64,000 bases of DNA from an uncultured Actinomycetes bacterium (GTDB lineage: Bacteria > Actinomycetota > Thermoleophilia > UBA2241), in contig CAVRZA010000006.1 of assembly GCA_963725665.1 (NCBI GenBank), positions 448,001 through 512,000 of the forward strand, in the 5' to 3' direction. Within the stretch, counting starts at the first letter, position 1. Every line of letters starts with the position of its first letter. The position numbers were made by a program, and so were the translations under genes. Shown here piece by piece: positions 9,987 through 19,900 of the stretch. A model generated the notes under the pieces. It saw nothing but the letters and a program-made list of their open reading frames with translations. It was not told where the DNA came from and did not search any database.

Positions 9987-11471
9987 GAGAACAGCTCCTC
10001 GTCCTGCACCTTCCCGCCGGGAGCGCCGGTGATCATGCCGCCCCCGCCTCCGCCCGGTGTCGGGGCGAGCATGCGCTCGCCGGGGCCCGGGATCCTGTCC
10101 TTGTCGATCTCCCCAAGCTCCTTCAGGGTCGGCGCGCCGTCGCCGCCGCTCTCCTCACGCTTTCTCAGCTTGGGATCGAGGACCTCGTCGAAGGCCGTCC
10201 CCATGAACGTGAAGGCGACCACGATGAGCACGATGGCGAGACCGGGCGCGAGCACGTACATGCGCGTGCTGGGCAGGGTCGAGCCGCCCGAGGCCCACAC
10301 GTAGTGGAGCATGGTGCCCCAGCTGAAGCGCAGCGGGTCGCCGAGGCCGAGGAAGGAGAGGGTCGTCTCCGAGAGGATGGCGATGGCCACCACGAGGATC
10401 GTGTTGGCGAAGATGAGCGGGAAGACGTTGGGCAGGATGTGCTTGTTCATGATGTGCCAGCTGCTGGAGCCGATGGCCCGACCGCGCTCGATGAAGGGCA
10501 GCTCCTTCACCGCCAGCACCTGGCTTCTCACCACGCGCGCGGTGCCCGGCCAGCTCGTGATGCCGATGATGAGCATGATGATCATGTAGTTCGTGCCCCA
10601 GGCAGCGGCGAGCACCATCGCCAGCGGCAGCCACGGGATGACGAGGAACACGTCGGTGAACCGCATGCCGACCTCGCCGCGCCAACCGCCGTAGTAGCCG
10701 GCCCCGATACCGATGCCCGCCCCGAGGATGGTCGAGATGACCGTTGCCAGGAGGCCGACGACGAGGGAGATGCGCGCGCTCCAGATGAACTCGGCGATCA
10801 CCGACTGGCCGAGCTCGGTGGCGCCGAACCAGCGGTAGTACTCCCTCGCCGGGCCGCTGAAGGCAGGCCCGACCGCCTCGGTCGGGTTGAGGAAGTAGTG
10901 AGCAGCCAGGAAGGGCGCGAGCAGCGCCAGCGCAGCGACGACGAGCAGGATGTAGAGGCCCGCCATGCCCTGCCAGTTGCCGCGGTAGAGCCGCCAGACC
11001 TGACGCCAGTTCCACACCGTGAGCTCGGCGCGCTCGGGGTTCGTCGCGCCCCACATCCAGACGCACGCGGCGACGCCGATAACGACGGCGGTCTGCCACA
11101 GCCAGCCCCAGCCGTCGGTGCGGCCGGACAGCGAGAAGGAGCCCGGCAGACCGGCGGCGACGAGCCCCCAGAGCAGGAACACGGCCCCCGTCGCGGTGAT
11201 CGCCAGAGGATAGCCGCGACCCTTGCGCGCGCGCACGAGGCCGACCGCCCCGACGGCGGTCACGATGACGCCGAAGGGCAGGATCGCCCAGGCCGGGTAG
11301 TTGGCGACCTGCGGGTCGAAGAAGCCCCTTGATCAGCGTACCGAAGCCGGGTTGCCAGAAGAACTTGTCGGGCTTGACGATGATGTCCTTGGGATAGGTG
11401 CAGAGCTCGAGGACGAGCCATACGAGCGGCGTCCAGATGAGGATCCAGCGTCGCAGCCGGGCGGGGATCAC
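9983..11471 (-). CDS. oppC: OppC/DppC-type permease with long N-terminal membrane extension; frameshift in the C4 run at 11325-11328
   Basis: ARISLVVG, ARVVRSQVL, HILPN, ETTLSFLGLG. The 5' frame (MIPARLRR...TLIKG) joins FFDPQVANYPAW if one G is removed. The start overlaps the oppB stop (GTGA). Confidence 0.82.
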
Positions 11472-12439
11472 GCCTTCACCCGCGGGTCGAGGTAGTAGTA
11501 CATGATGTCGGCGATGAGGTTGAAGATGATCACCGCGATGGCGCCGAGCAGAAACACGGCGCGCAGTACCGGGAAGTCACGCCAGGTGAGGGCCTCCCAC
11601 GAGAGCAGGCCGAGGCCCGGCCAGTCGAACACGGTCTCGATGAGGATGGCGCCCGAGAGCACGAAGCCGAAGTTCATCATGATGAGGGTGACGGAGGGCA
11701 AGAGCGCGTTGGGCACCGTGTGACGCCAGAGCACCGCATCGTCGGAGAGGCCTTTGGCGCGCGCCGTCAGGACGAAGTCCTCCTTCATGACTCCCGTCAG
11801 CGAGCTGCGCATGATGAGGTGGTACTCGCCGGCGTAGGTGATGCCGAAGATCACAACGGGAAGGATCAGGTGCCAGAGGACGCTCGAGCTGTGGGCAAGC
11901 CAGCTCGGGTAGACGACCCCGGGGGCCTCCATCTTGCCCACGGGGAACCAGCCTAAGGTCACGGCGAAGAACTGTATGGCAAGCATCGCCACCCAGAAGC
12001 TGGGCATGGAGTACAGCACCATGCCGGTGTTGGTCGACACAAGGTCGTAGGTCGAGTTTCGTCGCCAGCCGGCGATCACGCCGGTGAAGAAGCCTATGAG
12101 GGTCGCGAACAGAGTGCCCACACCCACGAGCAACACCGTGGGCCAGATGCGCTCACCGACCACCTGGGTGACGGGGCGCTTCTCCTTCCACGAGTAGCCG
12201 AACCTGAGCTGCGGCGTGTCGACCCAGTAGTAGGCGAACTGCTTCCACAGCGGCTCGTCCAAGTGGAAGGCATGCCGCTGCTTGGGGATCATGTCCGCCT
12301 GGAAGCGCCCCTTGGGCAACAGGAGTCGGGCGGGATCGCCGGGCAGGATGTTGAAGAGGACGAAGTTGAACGAGGCGACCAGGATGATCGTCAGCAGCGC
12401 GTTGAGAATCCTGCGTGTGAAGTAGCGCCGTTTGTCCAC
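11468..12439 (-). CDS. oppB: OppB/DppB-type permease
   Basis: LPGDPA, TARAKGL, HTVPNALLP, IETVFDWPGLG, LDPRV. Confidence 0.9.
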   Translation of the reverse strand: MDKRRYFTRRILNALLTIILVASFNFVLFNILPGDPARLLLPKGRFQADMIPKQRHAFHLDEPLWKQFAYYWVDTPQLRFGYSWKEKRPVTQVVGERIWPTVLLVGVGTLFATLIGFFTGVIAGWRRNSTYDLVSTNTGMVLYSMPSFWVAMLAIQFFAVTLGWFPVGKMEAPGVVYPSWLAHSSSVLWHLILPVVIFGITYAGEYHLIMRSSLTGVMKEDFVLTARAKGLSDDAVLWRHTVPNALLPSVTLIMMNFGFVLSGAILIETVFDWPGLGLLSWEALTWRDFPVLRAVFLLGAIAVIIFNLIADIMYYYLDPRVKA

Positions 12440-12451
12440 TGTCGGTCGTGT

Positions 12452-12496
12452 GAGGCGGCTGTGGCGGGCGGGTCACCCGCCCGCCGCAGCCGCCTC
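12452..12496 (-). terminator. 21-bp stem-loop after the first binding-protein gene (attenuator or mRNA stabiliser)
   Basis: gaggcggctgtggcgggcggg-tca-cccgcccgccgcagccgcctc, with one imperfect pair. Confidence 0.6.
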
Positions 12497-12509
12497 CCTC
12501 CTCCTTTGC

Positions 12510-14379
12510 TTAGGCTTCCTCGACCGGCCCGCCGCCGCGTCGACGGCGTAGCAGCCAGACGACGATCACAATGACCACGATGACGGCAACCACGACCGCC
12601 GACGATGAGGCCCGTGCTAGTCCCGCCGCCGCCACTCGTCGCCGCCGCGCTCGCCGGCTGGACGAACAGGTAGCTGTCGATGTTGTCGTACGTCATGACC
12701 GCGCCGCCCTTGACGGAGGGCGAACGCACCCACCCGGTCCAGCCCCCGCTGTTGTAGGCCTCAAGCGTGGCCGGGTAGACCAGCACGATGTAGGGGCTCT
12801 GCTCGTAGAGGATCTTCTGCATCTCCCAGATGGTCTGCTTGCGCTGCTGCTGGTCGATCTGGCTCGCTTGTTTGGCGAACAGGGCGTCGTAGGTCGGGTT
12901 GGACCAGGCGCTGTCGCTCGCGTTGTTGATCTGGCTGGTGAGGAACACAGAGAGGATGTAGGTGGGGTCGAGGTCGCCGCCCCAGGACCAGAGGAACATG
13001 TCCCAGTCGGGGGCGAACTCGCCGGCCTTGTTGGTGGCGTAAGCCTTGGCGTTCATGGCGGAGTAGTCCAGGACCTGGTACTTGATCTTCAGGCCGATGG
13101 ACTGGAGCCAGCCGGTGATGAAGCGCCCGCAGCGCTGCTGAGCCTCATTGCTGCTGAGCGCGAAGAGACGGAGAACGATCGGCTTGCCCTTGTAGTCGCG
13201 GATGCCGTCGCCGTTCACGTCCTTGTAGCCCGCCGCGTCGAGAGCCGCCTTGGCCTTCTCGAGGTCGAAGGTGTACTTCTGGTCGGCGGGCGGCTCCCAG
13301 TGCCAGTCGAGCTCCTTCGAGAAGAAGCCCGACTGGATGATCGTCGTCGCCGGTATGGCGAGACCGAGGTACGCTCTGTCGACGATCGCCTGGTGGTCGA
13401 TGGCGTAGTTCAGGGCCTGACGGAACCGCCAGTCCTTCAGCACTGGGTTGCCGAGCGAGGTCTTGCCCGTGTAGCAGTTGAAACCCAGCTCGTCGAAGCC
13501 CTTCGTCTCGTAGGCGTTGGCGGTGATCCCAGAAGTGTTCTGCAGCCGCGCGAACTGCGCCGCGGGAGGTTCTGCGGCTGCCTGCAGCCCTCCGGCGATG
13601 AGGTCGTTGACCATGCTGTCCGGGTTCTCGTAGGCGGTGAAGATGACCTCGTCGATCTTCGGACGGCCACGCCAGTAGTTCGGGTTGGCGTCCATGGTGA
13701 TCGTCTGAAGACCCGCGTCGGCTCTGACGGTCTGGAACGGCCCGGTGCCGACGATCGGCAGCTTGTTGACGTACTTCATGACCGTGTCCGGCGCGACCTT
13801 GCCCCAGATGTGCTCCGGTAGTACGAAGATGTACATGCTCAGGAAGGCGGCCTTGGGCTTGGAGAGGATGAAGCGAGCCGTGTAGTCGTCGACGACCTCG
13901 ACCCTCTTCACCAGCTCGGTGTACGGCGTGTACTGACCGAGCTGATTGTCGATGACGTAGTTCCAAGTGAAGGCGACGTCCTTGGCGGTGAAGGGCACCC
14001 CGTCCTGCCACTTCACCCCCTGCCGCAGCTTCACCGTCACCGTCTTGCCGTCGGTCGAGATGCCGCCGTTTTCCACCGTGGGGATCTCCGCGGCAAGCTC
14101 GGGCGTGGGGGTCACGTCGCTCGCCTTGAAGCCGAACAGCAGGTCGTAGTTCAGGTGCCAGACGGCCCAGCATTGGGAGTTCAGGCCGACGAAGGGGTTC
14201 AGGTTATCGGGGCGTTGGGTCCAGCCGACGCGCAGTGTCACCTTGCTGGCCGCCGGCGAGGCCGACTCGGCAAGGGCGCCGGTCAAGCCCCAGATGAGAC
14301 CCGCCGCCAGCAGGGCGACCGCCACGATCAGCGCGACACGATTCCGTCCCCAGCCCCGTTTGGCACTCGGCATACCCAT
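12510..14379 (-). CDS. Family-5 (Opp/Dpp) ABC substrate-binding protein with C-terminal anchor; frameshift near 12598
   Basis: GGAGGAG RBS, signal peptide, WQDGVPFTAKDVAFT, LPEHIW, GTGPF, DVNGDG. The hydrophobic tail AVVVAVIVVIVIVVWLLRRRRGGGPVEEA* is in the shifted frame and ends at TAA 12510. Confidence 0.85.
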
Positions 14380-14479
14380 GGCTCCTCCCCTGTTTGCCGA
14401 TCGAGGGAGGTGTCGACGGTGTCCCGGTCCGAAGCCCCCGCGGCCCCGTCGCCGGCGACCTCTCCTCAACCTCCCGTCA

Positions 14480-14620
14480 CAGACGCATACGCCCCCGGCT
14501 CTGGCTCGTTTCCGCCGGGGGCGCGCACTTCATCGGCTTGACCGCCGAATGCGTCGGCGTGGTGGGCTTGACCGCCGGACGCGCGACCTCACGCTCCGGC
14601 CCTCTCGTCACTCCACCCAC
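14480..14620 (-). promoter_or_regulatory. Structured leader of the ABC/MttB operon with a 13-bp direct repeat
   Basis: GGCTTGACCGCCG at 14535 and 14565. Nested stems gacgcat/atgcgtc, cgcccccggc/gccgggggcg and gccgga/tccggc. A TATAA element lies near 14690. Confidence 0.4.
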
Positions 14621-14800
14621 AGGCTCCCCGACCATGATTCCCGCACGAACATCTGTCGGACCCGGACTCCAGCCTGACTCTACGCCCATTTATAACGGTT
14701 GGCGTTGCCCCGGACAAGCCCGCTACGGCCAGCGCAACAGGAGTCTCTGCGCCGCTTGGACGACCCTCCGACATAGAATCCGCTCGGCTTCACACCCGTC

Positions 14801-15922
14801 TTAGAAGACACCTTCGGGCAGCGTCATCGGGCGGCCGTACCGCTCCATGATCGCCGGCAGCCTCTCGAGCGGGAGGGCGTGGAAGACGTTGCCTCCCGCG
14901 CCCTCCATGGTCGTCGCCATGAACAGGGAGTTGACCACCGCCTCGGCGGTCGCGTCGACGGCGGCCTCGAACAGCGCGCTGATGCGGTCGTCGCCGATGA
15001 TGTCGAGGGTGATCGGCGACTCGGTGGTGCGTGGCACTCGGGCCGCCGTGCTGAAGGCGAGCATGATCTCGCCGCTGCCGTCCGCCGCGTATGACCCGAC
15101 CTGCGCCAGGCCGAGAGCGCCTCGCAGCGCGAGGCGCTCGCACTGCCTGGCGCTCAGCGGTGCATCAGTCGCGATAACGACGATGCACGATCCGGGACGG
15201 TTCTCGACCGGCATCAGGTCGCCGATCTCGCGGCCGACCGGGGCGCCGTCGATGACGAGGCGGTGACGCAGACCGAAATTGCTCAGGACGAGGGCTCCCA
15301 GAGTGTACTGCCCGTCGTATATCGAGACCACGCGGGAGGAGGTGCCGATGCCGGCCTTGAAGTCGAAGGCGGTCATGCCCGTGCCGGCTCCGACGGAGCC
15401 CTCGGCCACCGGCCCCCCGCTCGCCCCGTCGAGCGCCGCGAAGACGTGCTCCGCGTTCACGTGCATGCCGCGCGCGTCGTTGAGCGAGCCGTCGTCGCAC
15501 TCGCCGACGACGGGCATGACCGCGTCGTCGATGCCGGCCAACTCGTCGCGCGCCATCACCCAGCGCACGGTGGCGTCGTAGACCTGGCCGACCGCCTGCG
15601 AGTTCGTGAGCATGACCGGCGTCTCGATGACGCCCCACTCGCGGATGGCCGTGCTACCCACGACCTCGCCCACTCCATTCGCCGTGAAGACACCGGCGAC
15701 GACCTTCTCGCGGAAGAGGTTGCCTGCGTGCGGGAGTATGGCGGTGACGCCCGTGCGGGCGGGCCCGCTGCCGGAGGGCAGCTCGGGCCCGCCCCACGAG
15801 ACCGTGCAGTGCCCGACAAGGACGCCGGGCACGTCGGTGATGGCGTTAAGCGGCCCTGTGGGCACCGGGCCGATAGTGATGCCCAGCTCCCGCGACCGGG
15901 CTCTGCCTTCGGTCATCGGCAT
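14801..15922 (-). CDS. DmpA/P1 (S58) family aminopeptidase
   Basis: NAITDVPGVLVGH, RTGVTAILP, VVGECDDGSLND, EGSVGAGTGM, FKAGIGTSSR, cleavage site GSCIV, GSGEI. Confidence 0.9.
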   Translation of the reverse strand: MPMTEGRARSRELGITIGPVPTGPLNAITDVPGVLVGHCTVSWGGPELPSGSGPARTGVTAILPHAGNLFREKVVAGVFTANGVGEVVGSTAIREWGVIETPVMLTNSQAVGQVYDATVRWVMARDELAGIDDAVMPVVGECDDGSLNDARGMHVNAEHVFAALDGASGGPVAEGSVGAGTGMTAFDFKAGIGTSSRVVSIYDGQYTLGALVLSNFGLRHRLVIDGAPVGREIGDLMPVENRPGSCIVVIATDAPLSARQCERLALRGALGLAQVGSYAADGSGEIMLAFSTAARVPRTTESPITLDIIGDDRISALFEAAVDATAEAVVNSLFMATTMEGAGGNVFHALPLERLPAIMERYGRPMTLPEGVF

Positions 15923-15964
15923 TTCCGACCTGCGGTCATCGGTTCCTCCAGCCTTCTGCGTCGG

Positions 15965-16768
15965 CTATTCCAGCAGGCCGGCGCGATGAGCCTTGAGGTA
16001 GTTGCCGCAGTAGGGGTCCTCGCCGCGCAGCGCCTCGGCGGCCTTGATGGTGGCCAGCATCTCCTTGTTGCGCACGTCGAGCACGGCGCCGTCGATGCCC
16101 AGGCCCATGCACATGGCGACGAAGGTGCGGTTGAGCAGGGGGCGGTTGGGCAGGCCGAAGCTGACGTTGGAGAGGCCGCCGATGGTGCGCACGGGGAGGC
16201 GCTCCTTGACCATCCTTAGGGTCTCCATGGTGATCACGCCGGCGCTGGAGTCGGCCGAGACGGTGAGCACCAAGGGATCGACCCAGAGCTCGGCGGCGGG
16301 CAGGCCGGCGGCGGTCACCAGCTCGTGCATCTTGGCCGCCACGGCGAAGCGCTCGGCGGCCGTCGCGGGCACGCCCTCGTCGGAGAGGCAGAGGCCCACC
16401 ACGGAGCAGCCGTGGGCCTTTATCATGGGCAGGGCGGCGTCGATACGCTTCTGCTCGCCGCTGATGGAGTTGATGAAGGGCACCTGGCCACCGCCGGCGA
16501 GGGCCGCCTCGACGCCGGCCCTTAAGGCCTCGGGGCTGGCCGAGTCGACCATGAGGCGCCGCTGCGAGACGCTGCGCACCGTCTCGATGAGCCAGCGCAT
16601 GTCGGCCACCTCGTCGCCGCCGGCCACGCCGGCGTTGACGTCGAGGACCGCGGCGCCCGCCTCGTCCTGCTCTCGCGCGAGGCCCTTGATGAACTCGGCG
16701 TCGCGCGCCGAGATGGCCTCGCCCACCTGCTTACGTGTACCGTTGATCGATTCACCCACGAGCAGCAT
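15965..16768 (-). CDS. Methyltetrahydrofolate:corrinoid methyltransferase (AcsE/MtgA-type pterin-binding barrel)
   Basis: MLLVGESINGTRK, LDVNAG, INSISGE, VDPLVL, GLSNVSFGLP.R..LNRTF. Confidence 0.88.
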   Translation of the reverse strand: MLLVGESINGTRKQVGEAISARDAEFIKGLAREQDEAGAAVLDVNAGVAGGDEVADMRWLIETVRSVSQRRLMVDSASPEALRAGVEAALAGGGQVPFINSISGEQKRIDAALPMIKAHGCSVVGLCLSDEGVPATAAERFAVAAKMHELVTAAGLPAAELWVDPLVLTVSADSSAGVITMETLRMVKERLPVRTIGGLSNVSFGLPNRPLLNRTFVAMCMGLGIDGAVLDVRNKEMLATIKAAEALRGEDPYCGNYLKAHRAGLLE

Positions 16769-16897
16769 CTTCCAGGACCTCCACGTACGACGTGCGGGAC
16801 CAGCCCGAGAGAGGGCGAGTCAGAGAGAGGCTCATTCTATCGACTGTGGATGAGGCCGCAAGGACGGGCTAGTGGTGAGGCGGCTGGCGGGCGACAG

Positions 16898-16947
16898 GGC
16901 GCCGACGGCGGGGCGGCCGGGCCACCGGCCGCCCCGCCGTCGGCGCC
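16898..16947. terminator. 23-bp perfect hairpin downstream of the GGDEF/HD-GYP gene
   Basis: ggcgccgacggcggggcggccgg-gcca-ccggccgccccgccgtcggcgcc. Confidence 0.65.
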
Positions 16948-16950
16948 TCT

Positions 16951-19900
16951 TCAGGAGGTCGGCTCGACCTGGGCGCCGCCGGAGACGTCTCCGACGTCCC
17001 GTTTGGCGGCGTCGTCGCGCCGGCCGCGTCCGGCCCCGCGCGCGACCGCGCCGTCCGCGCCGATCCCGACCGCACCCTCAGCGCCGGCCGCACCATCGAC
17101 CGAGACGCAGCGGGTCAGGAACACCTCCACGACCTGGGGATCGAATTGGCGCCCCGCTTGGAGGCGAAGCTCCGCGCACACCTCTTTCACCGTGCGTGAT
17201 CCTCTGTAGGGACGACTCGAGACCATGGCCTGGAAGGCGTCGCAAACGGCGAGAAGACGCGCCGGCAGCGGGATCTCCTCCGCTTTCAAGCCATCGGGGT
17301 AACCCGCACCGTCCCAGCGCTCGTGATGGTAGAGCACGATGGGCCACAGCTCACGCGGCGCGCCGGCGTTGGCGAGGATGTCGACGCTCATCCTTGGGTG
17401 ACGCCTGATCTCTTGCCACTCTGCCTCGGTCAGCTCGCCCTGCTTCTCGAGGATCTCCGCCGGCACGCCGATCTTGCCCACGTCGTGCAGGCGGGCGGCG
17501 ACCGCGAGCTGCTCGACCTCTTCGAAGGAGAGGCCGATCTCGCGCGCAAGACACTGCGTCATGGCGGCCACGCTCTCGCTGTGACCTTCGCGGAACGAGG
17601 TCTTGGCGTCGACCGCCGCGGCCAGGACGTCGATCCCCGTGCGCTTGAAGCCCTCGTCATGGAGCGGCACCGAGAGCACCATGTCCCTGATGTCGCGGTA
17701 GTAGAACGAGCGATCGCGGCCGTGCCGTTTTGCCCAGAGCAGCGCGGTGTCGGCCGCCGAGACGACCACGGTGGCGTCGGCCCCGCAGGCGGGGAAGTCG
17801 GCGATGCCGCACGATGCCGTGATGGCGTAACTCTCCCCCGATGCCACCTTCACGGTGCTCACGCGGCTGCGCACCCGCTCGGCGAGTCGACGGGCGTCCT
17901 CGCTCGAGGTCTCCGGCATCAGCACGACGAACTCGTCGCCCCCGTAGCGCGCCACGTAGTCCGTGTCGCGGCAGCACGAGACAAGGATCGACGCCACCCT
18001 CTTGAGCACCTTGTCGCCGCGCTGGTGGCCGAAGCGGTCGTTGATCTCCTTGAAGTGGTCGAGGTCAAGCATCAGCAGCGCGAGCTTCTTCGGGTAGCGT
18101 TCCGCACGCTTGATCTCGCGCTGGATGAGCTCCTGCAAATGACCGTGGTTGAAGAGCCCGGTGAGGCTGTCCGTCACCGCGCGCTGCCGACTCTTCTCGT
18201 AGAGCGCCGCGTTCTCCATGGCGATCGCGGCCAGGTTCGCGAAGAGCTTCGTCAGCTCCAGCTCCTCCTCGTCGAAGGTCTTCTCGCCCAGCCTGTCCAG
18301 GCACATCACGCCCATGACCTTGTCGCGGATGGCGAGCGGCACCACGATCGACGCCTGCGGTTCGACGGGGGTGTTCGGCACCTGGACGATGCGCGGGTCG
18401 GTGAGCACGTCATTGCAGAGCACGGCCTGGTTGTGGACGGCCACCCAGCCGCTCAGCCCCTCGCCGAGCTTGATGCGGAAGGCCAGCACCTCCTCCTGCC
18501 ACTCGTCGCGGGCGAAGACGCTCACGAGCTCCCCCGCCTGCTGGTCGACCTTGGCTATCGAGAAGGCGTCGTACTCGACGAGGCTGGCCAGGGTGTCGGC
18601 GATCGTGTCGAGGATGCCCCGCTCGTCGAGGGTCGATAGCACCGACTCGCTCGTGGCCAACAGATCGCGCTGCGACTTGAGCTGGCGTCCCAGGCGTCGA
18701 CCCTGGACCTCGATCTCGCGATACTGCAACGCGTTCTCGATGGCGATCGCCGCCTGGTTGGCGAAGATCTCCACCACGTGGACCATGTCGAGGGTCGGCG
18801 GCCGACGGTCGGCGGGGTCGTAGAGGTCGAGGAGGCCCAGCAGCCGGTTGTCGCGCGAACGTAGGGGAACGAGCAGCGTGTCGTCGGACTGCCACTCGTG
18901 CCGCGGACGGTCCCCAAGGTCTGTGCAGGGGAAGTAGTACTTCTCCTGCGGGCTCCCAGGTGCCAGCTGTTCCCGGCGGAAGTACGCGTTGCCCAGGCGA
19001 AACTCATCGCGCAGGAAGCCGTCGATGATGTCCTTGGGTATGGGCTGGTCGAGGAGGACCTGGTTGACCTCCGGGCTGCCCCCCAGGGCAACGCGGGTGA
19101 TGTAGGACTCGCTGGCCTCGTCGTAGAGGTAGATCGCCACCTCCCGATACGGCAGCGTCTCCTGCACGGCGCGGCCGCAGCGGTCGAGCAGCTCGCCGAG
19201 CTCGTAGGTGGCGCGCAGCTCGTTGCCCAACTGCAGCAACGCCTCGAGCTGACTCGAGCGCTCGCGGAGCTGCTCGGCGAGCTCGGCCTGCTTGCGATAC
19301 AACGACGCGTTGTTCGCCGTGAGAGCCGCGAAGCTCGCGACCGTCAGACCCGTCGTGATGCGTCGCTGCGAGAACGATTCGTCCCTCCCCGGCTCGTCGA
19401 GACAGGCGACCCCGAGCGAGCCGGCCTGCGAAGGCAGGGGCAACGCAAGCACGCAGCGGGCGTCGACTTGGGCCATGGCCTCGGCGTCGGCGCCCGGATG
19501 AGCGGGGGTCAGGACGACGGGGTCGCGCAACGCGCCCGCGAATGCCGAGCGCACCAGCGGCGCGCCGGCCAAACAGCGCTCGCCGCCGTCGTTGCCGGCT
19601 GTCGTCGCGGCCACCCTCAGCCGCTCCCCCTGCTCGAGGTAGATGGTGCAACGCGACACGCCGACGGCTTCGCAGAGCTGCTGGGCGATCATGCCGAGCA
19701 GCTGGTCGAGATCGAGCGTCGAGGCGAGACCGAAGGCCGCCAAGGCGAGGGCGCTCGTTTCGAGATGGCGTGCCGCGCGCGCCTCGTAGACCGTGCTGTA
19801 GGGATGGTAACGGAGGGCGACGAAGATGAAAGCGCCCCCCAGGGCGAAGCAGGCTCCTCCCAGCACCGGATCGAGCCGCGCGAGCGCGTCGACCAGGAGC

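Noticed and set aside
6945-12600. Programmed frameshifting or phase variation in the ABC operon
   Set aside because: Five scattered single-base indels with no slippery heptamers or long homopolymer tracts, clustered in one segment. Consensus error is more parsimonious.
14477-14689. 70-aa leader peptide with a repeated AVKP
   Set aside because: No RBS and no family features. The repeat is better explained at nucleic-acid level, though a peptide is not excluded.
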